Assembly: GCF_009914755.1 (NCBI RefSeq)
Contig: NC_060936.1
Source: the human T2T-CHM13v2.0 reference genome, Homo sapiens
Length of the DNA stretch: 64,000 bases
Reading direction: 5' to 3' (one strand)
The notes beneath the pieces were generated by a model. It had not been told where the DNA came from, ran no database searches, and saw only the letters and a program-made list of their open reading frames with translations. A program made the position numbers and the translations under genes. The stretch's first letter is position 1, and each line of letters opens with the position of its first letter. Below, piece after piece: positions 11,753-27,800 of this stretch.

Positions 11753-12242
11753 CTGATTATTTCTTTTGCTGTGCAGAAACTTTTTAGTCATGTTCCTTTT
11801 ATTTATTTTTCTTATTGTTGCATTTGCTTTTGGATTCTTGGTCATGAAATCTTTGCCTGAGCCAATGTCTAGAAGAGTTTTTTCAATGTTCTTATAGTAT
11901 TTTTATGGCTTCAGGTATTAGATTTAAGTCCTTCATTTATCTTGAGTCAATTTTTGTGTAAGGTAAGAGATGAGTATCCAGTTTCATTCTTCTACATGTG
12001 GCTTGCCAATTATCCCAGCACCATTTGTTGAGTAGGGTGTCCTTTACCCATTTTATGTTTTTGTATGCTTTGTCAAATGTCAGTTGGCTGTAAGTATTTG
12101 GCTTTATTTCTGGGTTCTCTATTTTGTTCCATTGGTCTACAAGCATATTTTTATACTAGTACAATTTGTTAGTATCATCTGTAATTTCTTTCAGCAGTGT
12201 TTTGTAGTTTTTCTTGTAGAGATCTTTCACCTCCTTGGTTAA

Positions 12243-12596
<354 letters not shown>

Positions 12597-12747
12597 TGAT
12601 TTGATTCCCAGCTTGGTCATTGTTAGTATACAGCAGTTGCTCCTGATTTGTGTGCATTGATTTTTGTATCCAGAAACTTTACTGAATTCATTTATCAGAT
12701 TTAGGAGGTTTTTGCATGGGTCTTTAGTGCTTTCTGGTATATAATTC

Positions 12748-13720
12748 TGAAGGGGTGGCCTGCCCCTCCACACTTGTGGGCGTTTCTCATCGGATGGGAT
12801 GAGAGACTTAAGAAAAGAAAGAGACACAGAGACAAAGTATAGAGAAAGAAAAGTGGGCCCAGGGAACTGGCGCTCAGCATATGGAGGACCCGCGCCGGCA
12901 CCAGTCTCTGAGTTCCTTTAGTATTTATTGATCATTATCGGGCATTTCTTGGAGAGGCGGATGTGGCAGGACAATAGGGTAATAGTGGGGAGAAGGTCAT
13001 CAGGAAAACATGTGAACAAATGTCTCTGCATCATAAACAAGGTAAAGAAAAAAGTGCTGTGCTTTTGATGTGCATATACATAAACATCTCAATGCCTTAA
13101 AGAGCAGTATTGCTGCCAGCATGTCCCACCTCCAGCCCTAAGGCAGTTTTCCCCATCTCAGTAGATGGAATATACAATGGGGTTTTACACTAAGGCATTC
13201 CATTGCTCAGGGATGAGCAGGAGACAGATGCCTTCCTCTTATCTCAACTGCAAAGAGGCCTTCCTTCCTCTTTTACTAATCCTCCTCAGCACAGACCCTT
13301 TACGGTTGTCAGGCTGGGGGATGGTCAGGTCTTTCCCTTCCCAGGAGGCCATATTCAGACTGTCACATGGGGAGAAACCTTGGACAATACCTGGCTTTCC
13401 TAGACAGAGGTCCCTGCGGACTTCCTCAGTGTACTGTGTTTCTGGGTACTTGAGATTAGGGAGTGGTGATGACTCTTAACAAGCATGCTGCTTTCAAGCA
13501 TTTGTTTAACAAAGCATATCCTGCACAGCCCTTAATCCATTTAACCCTGAGTTGACACAGCACATGTTTCAGGGAGCACAGGGTTGGGGGTAGGGTTACA
13601 GATTAACAGCATCTCAAGGCAGAAGAATTTTTCTTAGTACAGAATAAAATGGAGTCTCTTATGTCTACTTCTTTCTACATAGACACAGTAACAGTCGGAT
13701 TTCTCTTTCTTTTCCCCACA
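12748..13720 (-). mobile_element. Solo HERV-K(HML-2) LTR, LTR5A/LTR5B-type (not LTR5_Hs)
   Basis: Reverse complement runs tgtggggaaaagaaagag...ggcaggccaccccttca (the older-type end); 973 bp. 6-bp TSD taattc/caattc (12742-12747, 13721-13726). Confidence 0.93.
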
Positions 13721-14783
13721 CAATTCTATCATCAGTGAAGAGTTACAGTTTGATTTCCTCTTTTCCAATTTGGATGCCCTTATTTCTTTTTCTTGTCTGA
13801 TTGCTCTGGCCAGGACTTCCAGTACTATGTTGAATAGAAGGGGTGAGAGTGGGCATCTTTGTCTTCTTTCAGCTCTCAAGAGGAATTCTGTCAACTCTTC
13901 CCCATTTAGTATGATATTGGCAGTGGGTTTGTCATATATGGCTTGTATTACTTTGAGGTATGTTCCTTCTATGTCAGTTTTGCTGAGGGTTTTATTATAA
14001 AGAGATGCTGGATTTTGTCAAATGCATTTTTCTGTTTCTATTGAGATGATCATGTGATTTTTGTTTTTAATTCTCTTTATGTGATGTATCACATTTATTG
14101 ACCTCTGTATGTTAACCCCTTATTGAGTTTATTTGTATCTTCTCTCTCCTTTTCTTGGTCAGTCTCAGTAATGATCTATCCATTTTGTTTAGCATCTCAA
14201 AGAACTAGCTTTCTGTTTCATTTATTTATTTTGTTGTTGTTTTAATTACATTTAGCTCTGTTCTGATATTTGTTATTTATTTTCTTCTGCTGGGTTAAGT
14301 TTGGTTTGTTTTTGTTTCTCTAGTTCCTTGAGGTGTGACGTTAGGTTGTCTATTTGTGCTTTTTCAGGTTGTTTAATGTAGACATTTAATGGTATGAACT
14401 TTCCTCCTAGCACTGCTTTTGCTATGTCACAGAGGTTTGATAAGTTTTGTCATTATTTTCATTCAGTTCAAAGAATTTTTAAATTTCCATCTTGATTTCA
14501 TTGTTAACCCAAAGATCAATCAAGGGTAGGTTGTTTAATTTCCATGTATTTGTATAATTTTGAGGGTTTGTTTGGAATTAATTTCCAGTTTTATTTCACT
14601 GTGGTCTGAAATGATACTTAATATGATTTTGATTTTCTTAAATTTATTGAGACTTGTTTTGTAGTCTTTCATATGGCCTATCTTGGAGAATGTTCCAGAT
14701 GGTGGTGAAGAGTGTATATTTCTGCAGTTGTTGAGCAGAATGTTCTATAAATATCTGTTAAGTCCATCTGTTTTAGGGTATAG

Positions 14784-15114
<331 letters not shown>

Positions 15115-16265
15115 ATTAAGTCCATTGTTTCTTTGTTGACTTTCTTTCTTGATGTCCTGACTAGTGCTGTCAGTGGAGTTCTGAAGTCTCCCACTATTGC
15201 TGTGTTGCTGTCTACCTCATTTCTTAGGTCTAGCAGTAATTGTTTTATGAATTTGGGAGCTCCAGTGTTACGTGCATAAATATTTAAGATTGTGTTATTT
15301 TCCTGTTCAACTAATAATTTTTATCATTATATAATGCCCTTTTTTGTCTTTTTTTTTTTTTAACTGTTGTCTCTTTAAAGTCTATTTTGTCTGATATAAG
15401 AATATCTACTCCTGCTGGCTTTTAGTTTCCATTTGTGTGGGATATCTTTTTCTACCCCTTTACCTTAAGTTTATGTAAGTCCTTATATGTTAGGTAAGAC
15501 AGCAGATGGTTGGTCGACTTTCTACCCATTCTGCCAATCTGTGTTTTTTAAGTGGAGCATTTAGACTATTTACATTCAACTTTAGTATTGAGATGTGATG
15601 TCCTATTCTATTAATCATGTTAATTGTTGCCTAAGTGCCTTGTATTTCTCATTGTGTTATTGTTTTATAGGCCCTGTGAACAGAACCTTTAAGGAGATTC
15701 TATTTTGATGTATTTCGAGGTTTTGTTTCAAGATTTAGAACCCCTTTTGCATTTCTTGTAGTACTTGTTTGGTAGTAGTAAATTCTCTCAGCATTCATGT
15801 GTCTGAAAAAGACTTTATCTCGCCTTCATTTGTGAATCTTTGTTTTGCTGGATACAAAATCCTTGGCTGACAATTATTTCGTTTATGGAGGCTAAAGATA
15901 GGATCCCAGTCTCTTCTGACTTGTAAGGTTTCTGCTGATAAATCAGCTGTTCATCTGACAGATGTTCCTTTATAGGTTATCTAATGCTTTTTCTCAGAGC
16001 TCTTAAGATTCTATCCTTTGTCTTGACTTCAGATAATCTGAAGACTATGTGATGAGGCAATGATATTTTTGTAATGAATTTCCAAGGAATTCATTGAGCT
16101 TCTTGTATTTGGATGTCTGGGTCTCTAGAAAGGCCAGGGGAGTTTCCCTCAATTTTTCTCTCAAATAGATTTTCCAAACTTTTAAATTTATCTTCTTCTC
16201 CAGGAACACCAATTATTCTTAGGTTTGTCCATTTAACATAATCCCAAATTTCTTAGAGGCTTTTT

Positions 16266-16466
16266 TCATTTAAATGTTTTTTTCTTTGTCTGATTTAGTT
16301 CAAAAGCCTTGTCTTTGAGCTCTGAAGTTCTTTCTTCTACTTGTTCTAGTCTATTGTTCAAACTTTCAACTGCATTTCGTATTTCCCTAAGTTTGTCTTT
16401 GAATTCCAGAAATTGTGACTGTATTTTTTTAATTACATCTATTTCTCTGGTAAATTTTTCATCCAT
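16266..16466 (-). pseudogene. L1 ORF1p coiled-coil relic
   Basis: EIRNAVESLNNRLEQVEERTSELKDK, typical ORF1p heptads. Confidence 0.8.
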
Positions 16467-18465
16467 ATTTTTAATTGTTTTTTAGAATTTCTTTAAATTA
16501 GTTTTCATCTTTCTCTAGGATGTCCTTGAGTACCTTAATAGTTAAGCTTAACAATCCATTCAACCTTCTGAATTCTTTATCTAGCAATTCAGAGATTTCT
16601 TCTTGGTTTGAATTCACTGCTGGAAGCTAGTGTGATCATTTGGGGTGTTATAAAACCCTATTTTGTCATACAACCAGAATTACTTTTCTGATTCCTTCTC
16701 ATTTCAGTAGATTATTTCTTCAAATTGTTCTTGAATTTATTTTTGGTGGGATTGGTTTTTTTTTTTAATTTAATTTTTTTCCCTCATAGGAACCAGACTT
16801 TAATGTTTATATTAGCCTAATTTGATTCTTCATGCTTGTAGGGGTGAAGACTCTGTTACTTAGTTATAGAGAGTCTTTGTGTGTTGGCTTTCTGTGATGC
16901 TGGTTGTAGCTGTTATATTCTTGATGTGTAGGTGAGTTCACTGACTGTTATGGAGTTGGAATGGCAGGGATCTCTTGAAGCTCCTCTCATTCTCTCATGG
17001 TATTTATTTATTTATTTCCCCAGTCTTTTATTTAGTGAGTTGGTGATTCGGGCCTCAGGTCAATAAAGGAAGTATCCCTGGGTAGGCATCAGTTGTGGCT
17101 AAGGCAGGTAGGTAGATGTAATACCCAAAGGTGGGCCAAGGTCTTAGCCTTGGTGAATGTGGCTGGTGGAGCTCTCAATTACATATGGTGATGTTTTATC
17201 AGGATGAAGAATGAGAACTACCTCAACTCCCCTACCAGGTCAGTAGGAAAGCTATTCATCTTACAGCCTCATGTCTGTCCTAATGTTTCAGCTATTCAGA
17301 TTAAACAGGCACCTCTTTTCCTATAGGAATGTTGATGTTCCAAGTAGGGAGAAATTGTGATTCTGCCTCTTGTGCAGGCCTGAATCTGGGGAGTGGTCCT
17401 CTTGTGGGGCTGCACTTACCCTGGGTTGTTCCAGAAAGGCTATCTATAGGTGCCTCTATGTCACTTTCCTGTGGAGAAAGCCCCAGCTGTGTCTGCAGTG
17501 CAGTACCAGGGAGAAAAATGACCCCTTCTCCAAAGCCCGCCACAATCACAGAAGCTGTCTGCCTGTTAGAATATAGACGCAGAATTTCCCTACTGCATCC
17601 AGCATTGCAACGATGTCTCTGCTCCTGCAAAGAGATCCGGAACTCAAGACCTGCTCTTCAGATTCTTTTGTTCCACAGGTGATCCCTTAATGTGATACTC
17701 TCCCCCTTCCTTTAGGGATGGGGCTTTCTGAAAGTCTGATTGCAGTGGTTGTTATTGTCTTTTGGTTCTAGCCATCCAGAGGGGCTAGCAGGCATGGGCT
17801 GGTGCTGGGGAATGTGTGCACAGTCCAGTGATATGACCATTCTTTAGGTCTCCCAGCCATCGATACCAGCACCTGCTCTGGTGGAGATGTCAAGGGAGGG
17901 ATGTAGACTCTGTGGGTATCCTTAGTTGTAGATAGGTTTAGTGTGCTGGCTTTCTTGAACGCTGGTTTTGTTAGCAGTGAAGTTTTTACTTGGACAGACT
18001 CAGGACCTCTGATTAGCCAGGATGTTGCAGGCAGCAATACTAACTGTTGTTTTCTCCTTCCTGGGAGCAGGGTTATTCTGACATGAGTTGCTGGAATGGC
18101 CTGAGTTGGTTAGCCTCCAGCCAGGAGGTGGTGCTTTTAAGAAAGTACTAGCTGTAGTATTAGCAGTGGGATTTGAGCTTGCCCTAAGTTGGTCAGGGGA
18201 AGTATTCTGGTTTCCCAGGTGATGGGTGGAGCCATAAAACTCCCAATAGTTTTTGTCTTTTGTGTTGGGAGATTTTCGCCTGTCTCACTGAGTTTTCAGG
18301 GCATGCTGTTTTCCTTCAAAGGATCCGTGAATTCCTTCAGTTTTCCTGGTACAGTCCTGCAGTAGTTCTTGGAACAAAAGTTTGCAGTGTGAATTTCTAC
18401 AAACTGCTCTATCCATCCAAATGGGAGACACATGTTAACCCTGCTTCTTATCTGCCATCTTCTCC

Positions 18466-21400
18466 AGGAAGTCTACTGTAATTTATATTCTTGGTCTTTT
18501 AGAGGGAAGTTTTATATTTTTTCCTTTCTCTTGTTTCTGTCAAGACTTTTGCTTTGTCTTTGATAATTTTCAGTTTAGATGTGATATGTCTAAGTGTAGA
18601 TATTTTGGAATTTATCATGTTTGCTCTTCTCTGCTTCTTGAATCTGTGGTTTGATATCATTTATTAATTTTGGAAAATCATAGCCATTACTATCTCAAAT
18701 ATTTCTTCTACTCCACTCATATTCTCTTTCTCTCATTGTCTTACTGATGTTCCAATTAGTGCATGTATATTTTCAATTAAACACACATTAAAATTTTTGT
18801 AATTGTCCCACCGTTTTTACATATTCTGTTCCCTTGTTTTTATTATTTTTTCTATTTGTATTTAAATTTGGAATGTTTTTATCAAACTATCTTAATGCTC
18901 ATTGGTTCTCTATTGAGTCATATCCAGTCTTCAGATAAACCTACTAAAAGCATTCTTAATTTCTGTTACCATTTTTTTTTAATTTATAGCCTTTAGTTTT
19001 GATTATTTCCTTAGACTCTTCAATTAACTGTTTACAATACCAATATGTTATTTTTTAAGTTTTTTAATTTCATTTTTTATTATATTTTAAGTTCTGGGTT
19101 ACATATGCAGAACATGCAGGTTTGTTACATAGGTATACACATGCCATGCATACACGTGTGTTTGCTGCACCTATCAACCTGTCATCTACATTGGGTGTTT
19201 ATCCTAATGCTATCCCTCCCCCAGGACCCCAATCCCCAATAGGCCCCGATGTGTGATGTTCCCCTCCCTGTGTCCATGAGTTCTCATGGTTCAACTCCCA
19301 CGTGTGAATGAGAACATGCAGTGTTTGATTTTCTGTTCCTGTGTTAGTTTGCTGAGAATGATGGTATCCAGCTTCATCCATGTCCCTGCAAAGGACATGA
19401 ACTCATCCTTTTTCATGGCTGCATAGCATTCTATGGTGTATGTGTGCCACATTTTCTTTATACAGTCTATCATCATTTGGGTTGGTTCCAAATCTTTGTT
19501 ATTGTGGATAGTGCTGCAACAAACATATGTGTGCATGTGTTTTTATAGTAGAATGATTTATAATCCTTTGAGTATATACCCAATAATGAGATTGCTGAGT
19601 CAAATATTATTTCTGTTTCTAGATCCTTAAGGAATCACCCCACTGTCTTACACAATGGTTGAATGAATTTACACTCCCACCAACAGTGTAAAAGCATTCT
19701 TATTTCTCCAAATCCTCTCCAACATCTGTTGTTTCCTGACATTTTAATGATTGCCATTTAAACTGACATAAGATGGTATCTGATTGTGGTTTTAATTTGC
19801 ATTTCTCTAATGACAGTGATGATGAGCTTTTTTTCATATGTTTTTTGGCCACATGCGTGTCTTCTTTTGAGAAGTGTCTGATCATATCCTTCACCCACTT
19901 TTTGATGTTTTTCTTTTTTTATTTTTGTAAATTTGTTTAAGTTCCTTGTAGATTCTGGATATTAGCCCTTTGTAAGATGGACAGATTGTGAAAATTTTCT
20001 GCCATTCTGTAGGTTGCCCGTTCACTCTGATGATAGTTTCTTTTTCTGTGCAGAAGCTCTTTAGTTTAATTAGATCCCATTTGTCAATTTTGGCTTTTGT
20101 TGCCATTGCATTTGGAGTTTTAGTCATGAAGTCTTTGCCCATGCCTATGTCCTGAATAGTATGGTCTGGGGTTTTTATGGTTTTAGGTCTTACATTTAAG
20201 TCTAATCCATATTGAGTTAATTTTTGTATAAGGTGTAAGTAAGGAAGGAGTCCAGTTTCAGTTTTCTGCATATGGCTAGCCAGTTTTCCCAACGCCATTT
20301 ATTAAATAGAGAATCCTTTCCCCATTGCTTGGTTTTGTCAGGTTTGTCAAAGACCAGATGGTTGTAGATGTGTGGTTTTATTTCTGTTGTGTTACCAATA
20401 TATTCTTACACTGTCTGCTTTTTTTATTAGAACCCTTAATATATTCATCACGTTATTTTGATTACTCTGATAATTCCAAAATCTGTGTCATTTTTTGAAC
20501 CTGGTTTGTATGTTTCCTTAGCTCTTCAGGTGTGCTTTTACTTGCCTTTGATGTAACTTGTAACCTTTGCCTAATATATTAGATAATAGGAACTGAGGTA
20601 AATATGTCTTTAGTGTGAGGTTATGTGTTAATCTGGCAAGAATTAGAACTGTGTTTAATATTTTGTAAAGCTGTAGGTGTCAGAGGCTTCAAATCTTAAT
20701 ACTGCTTTCTTTTTCCTTCTCTTTTTTTTTTTTTTCTGATGTCTTTGAACTTTCCTAAGTCCTTATGTAGAGTCTTTTTCTTTCAGCTCCTTCATCTATT
20801 ATCCATTGTTATTATACTAGAGTCCTGCTGGTGCAGGGCTAACATGTGGAGAAGAGTGATTGTTTTATAATCTGACTAAAACTCAGATTTGTAGTGAGCC
20901 TATGTCCCTGAAACTTGGCCTTCACAAATGTGAAGCTTTTTTCCCTTTCTTTAGGTGAGACCGGAAGGCTAGAGAAGGATGAAGTCTGAGAATACCCTTC
21001 TCTCAGGTGGGATAAGACTGTGGTAAATTATTTTCCTCTGGGGAGTAGGCTTGTGTTATGGGGAATGCTCTGGTCATATTTCACAATGATTATTCTTTCC
21101 TTTCCCCTCTTAGATCCCTGAGGGATTTCTCTTGGTTCTTCCTCTTGAGAACCTAGTGGGATTCCTTAAGATAAAAACCATAAAAGTGTGCGGCTTCTCC
21201 CCACTGCAAGGTTGTATTCCCCAAAGTTCTCACTCTCATCATAGCCCACAATCAGCCTGCAGCACTTTGTCAATTTTGCCATTTGTGTGTTTCTACAGTT
21301 TATGTTTTTATTTGCTTCTGATTCCAGCAAGTAAATATTAGCTGTGACTCTCTGTGTTTGCCTGTATTTCCAGATTTTGGGGTGACAGTTCACCCTGTGA

Positions 21401-21522
21401 CTTCAATTCTATCACGAATTCAAAAAAAAAATATTGCTTTTTAGTCTCTTCAGCTTTTTTTCTTGTAAGGATGGGAATAATTACTTTTAGCTCTTTATGC
21501 ATTGGAGCTGAAACTGGAAATC
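18466..21522 (-). mobile_element. Ancient L1M, segment 2, including its 5' end (L1MC/MD-type)
   Basis: Resumes after the L1PB TSD. The terminus reads gatttccagtttcagctccaatgcataaagagct...tccttacaagaaaaaaagctgaa on minus, like L1MC/MD 5' ends. Confidence 0.7.
19050..20386 (-). mobile_element. 5'-truncated L1PA (L1PA7/8-like)
   Basis: L1PA 3'UTR plus ORF2 C-terminal peptide ([17 protein letters not shown]); TSD taccaatat(g/a)tt at 19038-19049 and 20393-20404. Confidence 0.9.
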
Positions 21523-22941
21523 AGTATATGTGTTTTTGAGGTATAAGAATAGCACATAACTTTTGCAGTTTTCTCTGCAATGAAGTGGAGTTTTAAGCAG
21601 ATAGTCTAAATTTGGGAAAGAGTGAAAGGATTGGAAAGAGTTGTATGCGTGGCAAAACAACAACAACAACAAAAAAAAATTACGTGGTCTGAAGCAAGGA
21701 TCCTTGTATTATTTTACTAGAAATTCCTGGCTACTGACTCTCTCTCAATAGTTCTGTGTCTACATTGAATTTCTATGTAATCTAACTGTGTTACTAAAAA
21801 AATTCTCAGTAAATATAAATTCCAGAATTAAATCAACAGTAATTAAGAATTGTATTGTTTTGTTACTTTTCTTGGATTAAACACATAGCTGATATTTCTA
21901 AAGCATCTACCTTACAAAGATAAACAGTCTGCAATATGTTTTCCTTAGTCATTTTAATTTCATGACTTTGAGTTGCTAAATCAAGGAATAAAGGCTTATT
22001 ACTGAAAGTGGTACATCAGTGAACATAAAGGGAATAATAAACTGCTGGTTCTAAACTTGGCCTAGTTTTTCTTTGTCCTAAGCAGTCTCTACTCCAATAA
22101 CATCAGATACTAGAAAGGAACTCATAAGAATAAAAGGCTTGCACTATCTTCATAGTCCATTTTTTGTTGATGACACTCTTCATTTTCACAGATGCAAAAG
22201 CAGATTGGGGATTTCCATGGCAGTGTTATAAAGATATTCAAAATCTGCATGTATAGTTAAAATGCTTTGTGGGTCTCTCCAGGACAACAGTAGAGTGATG
22301 TTATGCCTAAATTCAAATCTTCTTTAGCAAAGGGTGTGTGGATGTTAAACTGTTTACTAAAGACATGTGTATGTTAAAAACTGAGTGAAGAAATATATAA
22401 ACCAAAAGATAATCAAGAAGGCACTTAATGAATTTATGCTAAATTTTAGAGTTTATGTTGGAGATACCAATTTAGTTATATGTGGAATGTGAAGACTAGT
22501 GTAGATCAAATCTGGAAAATTTGTCCATATAGAATTTCAGTTTAGATATTAGAAAATAAAAGTGTAACCCCATTTAAAGGAATATTCTAAAGATAAATTA
22601 AAATATATTAAACACTCAGATATATAGTGTAAGAATAAATTGACTATATTATTGATTATATTGTCTACTTTGGTACATATGATTTGTTTAGCAGCGATTG
22701 GGTAATCAAAATTTTTATTCTCATCCTGCTGGCTCCTATTAGACAGAAAAACCTAAGCATGCTTGATATATAGCATTCTGCTATTTAAAGAGTGAGAAGA
22801 AATAATAAGCATAAGTAAGTGGGTTTTTATATTTTCAACAATAGTGAAAATATCTGCAATATAGGAGAGTTATCAATTTATGCCCTACTTTGTTATCTCT
22901 TGAATTTAGTTCAGTTGATCTAGGAGCATCAGTCAAAATAA

Positions 22942-23247
<306 letters not shown>

Positions 23248-23550
23248 TTAAAACAGTAGTTTAAATGGTAAAATAAAAAGAAATGGGTCAAGATTTTAGA
23301 GGATACATAATTAAAAGTCTAGAAGCATCAAAAAGGGGCTAAGGTCTGTATGAAGGCTGAGGTGGTAGTTTTTTAAAGTACTGATAGTTTTTTATTCCAT
23401 GAAAGGATACATGGAATAAAAATAGGAAGCAAAGATATTTTTAACATTTAAATATGTGAAAGAACTCTACAATGAAAGAAAAAAATTTTATGATCCAGTG
23501 ATGCTCTTGAGAATCTTAAAAAGATTGTATAAGTAGGAAGAAAAGCCTTG

Positions 23551-23941
23551 TGATATAGTTTGGATGTTTTTGTCCCCTCCAAATCTCATGTTGAAATGTG
23601 ATCTCCAAGGTTAGAGGTGAGCCTAGTAGGAGGTGTTTGGGTAACAAGGGTGCCTTGGTGCTGTCCTCATGGTAATGAGTGAGTTTTCACTCTCTGAGTT
23701 CATGTGAGATCTGGTTGTTTAAAAGAGCCTGTCACCTCCCCACTCTCTTGCTCCTTCTTGCCATGTGATATGCCAGCTTCCCTTTTGCCTTCTGCCATAA
23801 TTGCAGGCTCCCTGAGGCCTCACCAGGAGAAGATGCAGGTACCATGCTTGTACAGCTTGCAGAACCATAAGCCAAATAAATGTATTTTCTTTAAAAATTA
23901 CCCAGGTCATGTATTTCTTTATAGCAACACAGACTAATACA
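23551..23941 (+). mobile_element. MaLR solo LTR (MSTB-like)
   Basis: Runs tgatatagtttggatg...ccaaatctcatgttgaaatg...gactaataca. Confidence 0.85.
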
Positions 23942-25559
23942 CTTTTCCTTCCTGTGTTGAGTATTAATCCTAGGTCACTATAAATATTTTTGTTGGAGAA
24001 GTATATTTTAAACAAATGTTCACCTATATGTCATATTTTCTAGTACAGTTTTCTAAAATTGCATATTTAAACATAGCTTCAATTGCTGTCTTCCCACCCC
24101 CATTTTTACAGTTTTGTTAAAGCCTGATCTTAGCAGGGGGTTAATATACAGTCTACATAGCTGCTAAAAGATAGAGTTGCTCAATAAAAGTAACAACAGC
24201 AGCTTACTAAAATAAAAACAAAATATCAAAGGAAACTATTTCGTAAGATGTAAAGCTATATTTTCATTTTGCACAAGAGTGTATTTTCTAATTTTCCGTT
24301 GGTGCTGAGGAACATGACTTATTTTTTATCTAATATTCATTTACTGATTGTAATGATAGGTGGGGGTCATGTTGAGAGATGGTGGTACTGAGGGGAGATG
24401 AGACACTTTACAAAGAACGATGAGGAATTTTGTGAAACTTGGCAAAATAAAAATTCATGGTTCTACACAAATTGTCACTGCATATTTTATACCTTTATTT
24501 TCCTACCATGAATGAATGGAACACTCTGATTAATTTCACATTACTTTACATGTTGTAACATTAAGAGAAGAATCACAGAAAATTTGCCTATTGAAAGCAC
24601 AAGAATAAAATTTTTATCTTGATTATTTTTTAGAGTCTTAAAAGTGGAAGAAGACAGAGATGATAGGTATTGAAGCCAATGCTGCTGATTGGTTCTAACC
24701 TTTTCCCAACCTTCTCACACAATGAAGGGTTCTTTGAGAGACAGACTAGAGAGGATTCTTTATAAAGTGTACAAAATGGACTTGTATAAATAGTTCTTTC
24801 AAAGCAACAAAAAGGAAAAGTTACAAATTGATGATACCTAATCTTTCAAGCCCTTTAAAATCCTCAGGAGTTTATTTACTGACAACAAAAAGGCTTGACG
24901 TTACATATTTTTGTGGATTCTTGTGTCCTCTAAAAATGAAATAGTACATTTTTATGCAGCTAAAATGATGAATTTAACTTTAAAAGTATTTGAATTTTGA
25001 TGATTTGTATTGATATATTTTCTATGATATTATTTGTAAGTAAAAGATTTCTTCATACTTGTTTGTTGAACAATGTTCAACAGCAGCCTGGTTATGAATG
25101 GTATAAAGTTGTTCATCAGTTATTTTATTTCTAAGGCTGTGATGATGATTTGATATCTGGGCTGGATCCTTTACTCATCTATCTGGTTTAAGATATAGTT
25201 TCCAAACTTGCAAAAAACTTGTGTAGACCATATGTATTCCATCAGAGAGTTTAAGCGTTTTTGTTTAGCAGCTTCATCAAGGCTTTTAGCATTTTTATGG
25301 GTTTTATGTTAACAAACATTTATTGAGTTTCTGTTTTCTGCAATTATTTTTTTCTAGAACTTAGTGCATTAATAAAGAGAGATATAACCTATTTCTTGCC
25401 CACACAGATTTTGGAGTCTTGTTAGCAAAACTAAACCACAGTTTATTACACAGTGAATACTATCTACATTTGTGTCCAGATTAGATTTCTGAATATGGAT
25501 ATTAGCATAAGAATGGTTTATTTATATATGTGCTATTCATATTTTTATTTAGAGTCTCA

Positions 25560-26160
25560 GAAAATTGTATAAATCTCAAAAAATTAAAAAATTATAATAT
25601 AAAAACTTATCTTACCTAGATGTACCAAATGTAAGATTTTGCTCCTTTTGTTTATTTTATTCTTCTCTCTCTGTCAACCCATTAGTCCCTTCTGAAGCAG
25701 GTATGAATAAATTACAGAAAAACAAAATACGTCATATAAATAGTTCTGAATCTGGCTCCTAAAAACACAAGAATTCTTTTGATAACCACAATAATAATTA
25801 TAACATCAGGGAAATGTAACATTGATACATTATTTTTATCTATTACATAGTTCAAATTATGTAATATTCAAATATCCCTAATTGTCTGAATGCTTTCCTT
25901 TTTAACCATTTTTTAAACCCAAGATCTAATAGCAAGTATGCATTGTTTCATTGGCACCTCTATTTTATCTCTTTCAGTCCAGAACAAATCAGCCTTCTAT
26001 TTGTCTGTATAACATTGACATTTTTATAGAGACCAAAGCAGTTGTTCTGCTTTATGAATCTCAATTCGGATTTTTATGATTATTTCCTCAAGAAAATAAA
26101 ACATTTTTTAAAAGAATATTTCTTAGATGATGTTGTTATCTTCTCAGTGTGTCACTTTAG
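25560..26160 (-). mobile_element. Old L1 3' end fragment (L1MC4/5-like)
   Basis: ataaccacaataataattataacatcagggaaatgtaacattgatac resembles the L1MC 3'UTR. Confidence 0.5.
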
Positions 26161-26839
26161 AAATGCTATGCACTATTGAAATGCCATATCAGGTGCGAAG
26201 TATACAATGGAGCTGTAAGTTCCTGAGCACTGGAAAACTGGAAAGTAGATATATTGAAGGGACATGTTTAATTCAAACCTCAGTATGATCCACATTACTG
26301 AATTATTTGGGTATATGCATATTTGGACATATAAGTGATCACTTAATGGAGATCAACAGTGAAAACAACATTGAAATCGCTAAATAGTTGAAATAAACAC
26401 AAAGGAAAGTGACAGGCACAATGTCACTTTTATAATCTTTTGATTTGGCCTTTATTTTCTCTAATTAAACACATTGAAATGAGGTGGGCTCCAGGCACCA
26501 CTGACATCTTAATTCTAATATTTTTATAATTACAAATACAAGAGTAAGTCAAGATAGTGAAATAGTGAACACACATGCTTGCTTCCTCTTCCCGGCCTCA
26601 ACTTCTGGAAATTATAGAAAACATTTAAGTATTTAAAAGGCTCAAACTCATTAACAACCTGGAAAATAGAAAGAAGTGTGTGGATAGGTGAAAGGTGTTG
26701 TTATGTGTCTTTGCTGACCAAAAATTACAAATAATTTTAGAAAATAAAGGCTGATGCTCTAATAATATTTTCCATATTTAAAACAATAACAATCAGCACA
26801 ACCAAAATCAAACCAAACCAAAACAAAACAAAGTACCAA

Positions 26840-27620
26840 AATCTCTTTGATCCTACAGTCTTCTCCACTTAGTCCATTTTTCAGAGTATAACTTCTCAGA
26901 ATAGTTGTCTATAATTGCTGTTTCACTTCATAGTCTACCATTCTGTCTCCTTGCCCTACCCAGTCTTTTATCTACAGAATTTCTCTAAAACTATTTTGCT
27001 CAAGGTTTTCAGTGACCATCATCAAGTAATGAACTGTCACTTGGCTGTCTTCATTTTATCCAATTTCTCAGCAACGTTTGACAGAGTATAATTTTTTCTA
27101 CTTCTTGAAATACATTCTTCTTATGTATATGGGGACACCGTGTTTTACAGTGTTCTTCTTTCTTCACTCACAACTCCTTCTTCTCCATTTTGGCACCTTT
27201 TCTTTCTGCTCTGGAATCTACCTAATTTCCTCCATCACACAGCTGTGATTCTGCTCCAAGCCATTATCATGACGACTAAGTACTACGACATCCTCTTATG
27301 CCCAGCACATCATTTCACTTTTCAATTAAATTCCTCTGAAGACAACCCATGAAACCCAGAATGAATCCAAGCTCCATCAAGAGCTCACAAGGTGTAGCAC
27401 GCTCCCACTCAAACACTTGATCACCATGCTTCAGATACAAATGGCCTTCCTTTTTTTTCCTAAAAACTCAAACTTCGTTTCTAAATAAGAGCCTTTTTAT
27501 GAGCTATCTCTTCTGCCCTAAATGTTCTGCTCAAACCTTTTAAAAACCATCTACTCTTTCTTATTCAAGTCTTACCCTATTACTTTGTTGGAAAAGTCTG
27601 CACTGACTACTTAATCTAAA
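26840..27620 (+). mobile_element. L2 LINE relic
   Basis: ttctcagcaacgtttgacagag...cttcttgaaatacattcttc matches the L2 core. Confidence 0.65.
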
Positions 27621-27649
27621 GTATGTTTCAAGCTCTGTTCTAAATATGT

Positions 27650-27800
27650 TGTATATAACATTGCATGTAATAGTCTCAATAGCCCTTTGAAATAGTTAAC
27701 ATTCTTGTTTCTAATTTATATGTAGGGAAACTGAGAATCAGAGGACTGAAATCAGTTCCTCAATATGGTCAGGTTACCACATGGAAATTGGGGCTCTCTT
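27650..27800 (-). mobile_element. MIR
   Basis: Core tatgtagggaaactgagaatcagagg. Confidence 0.55.
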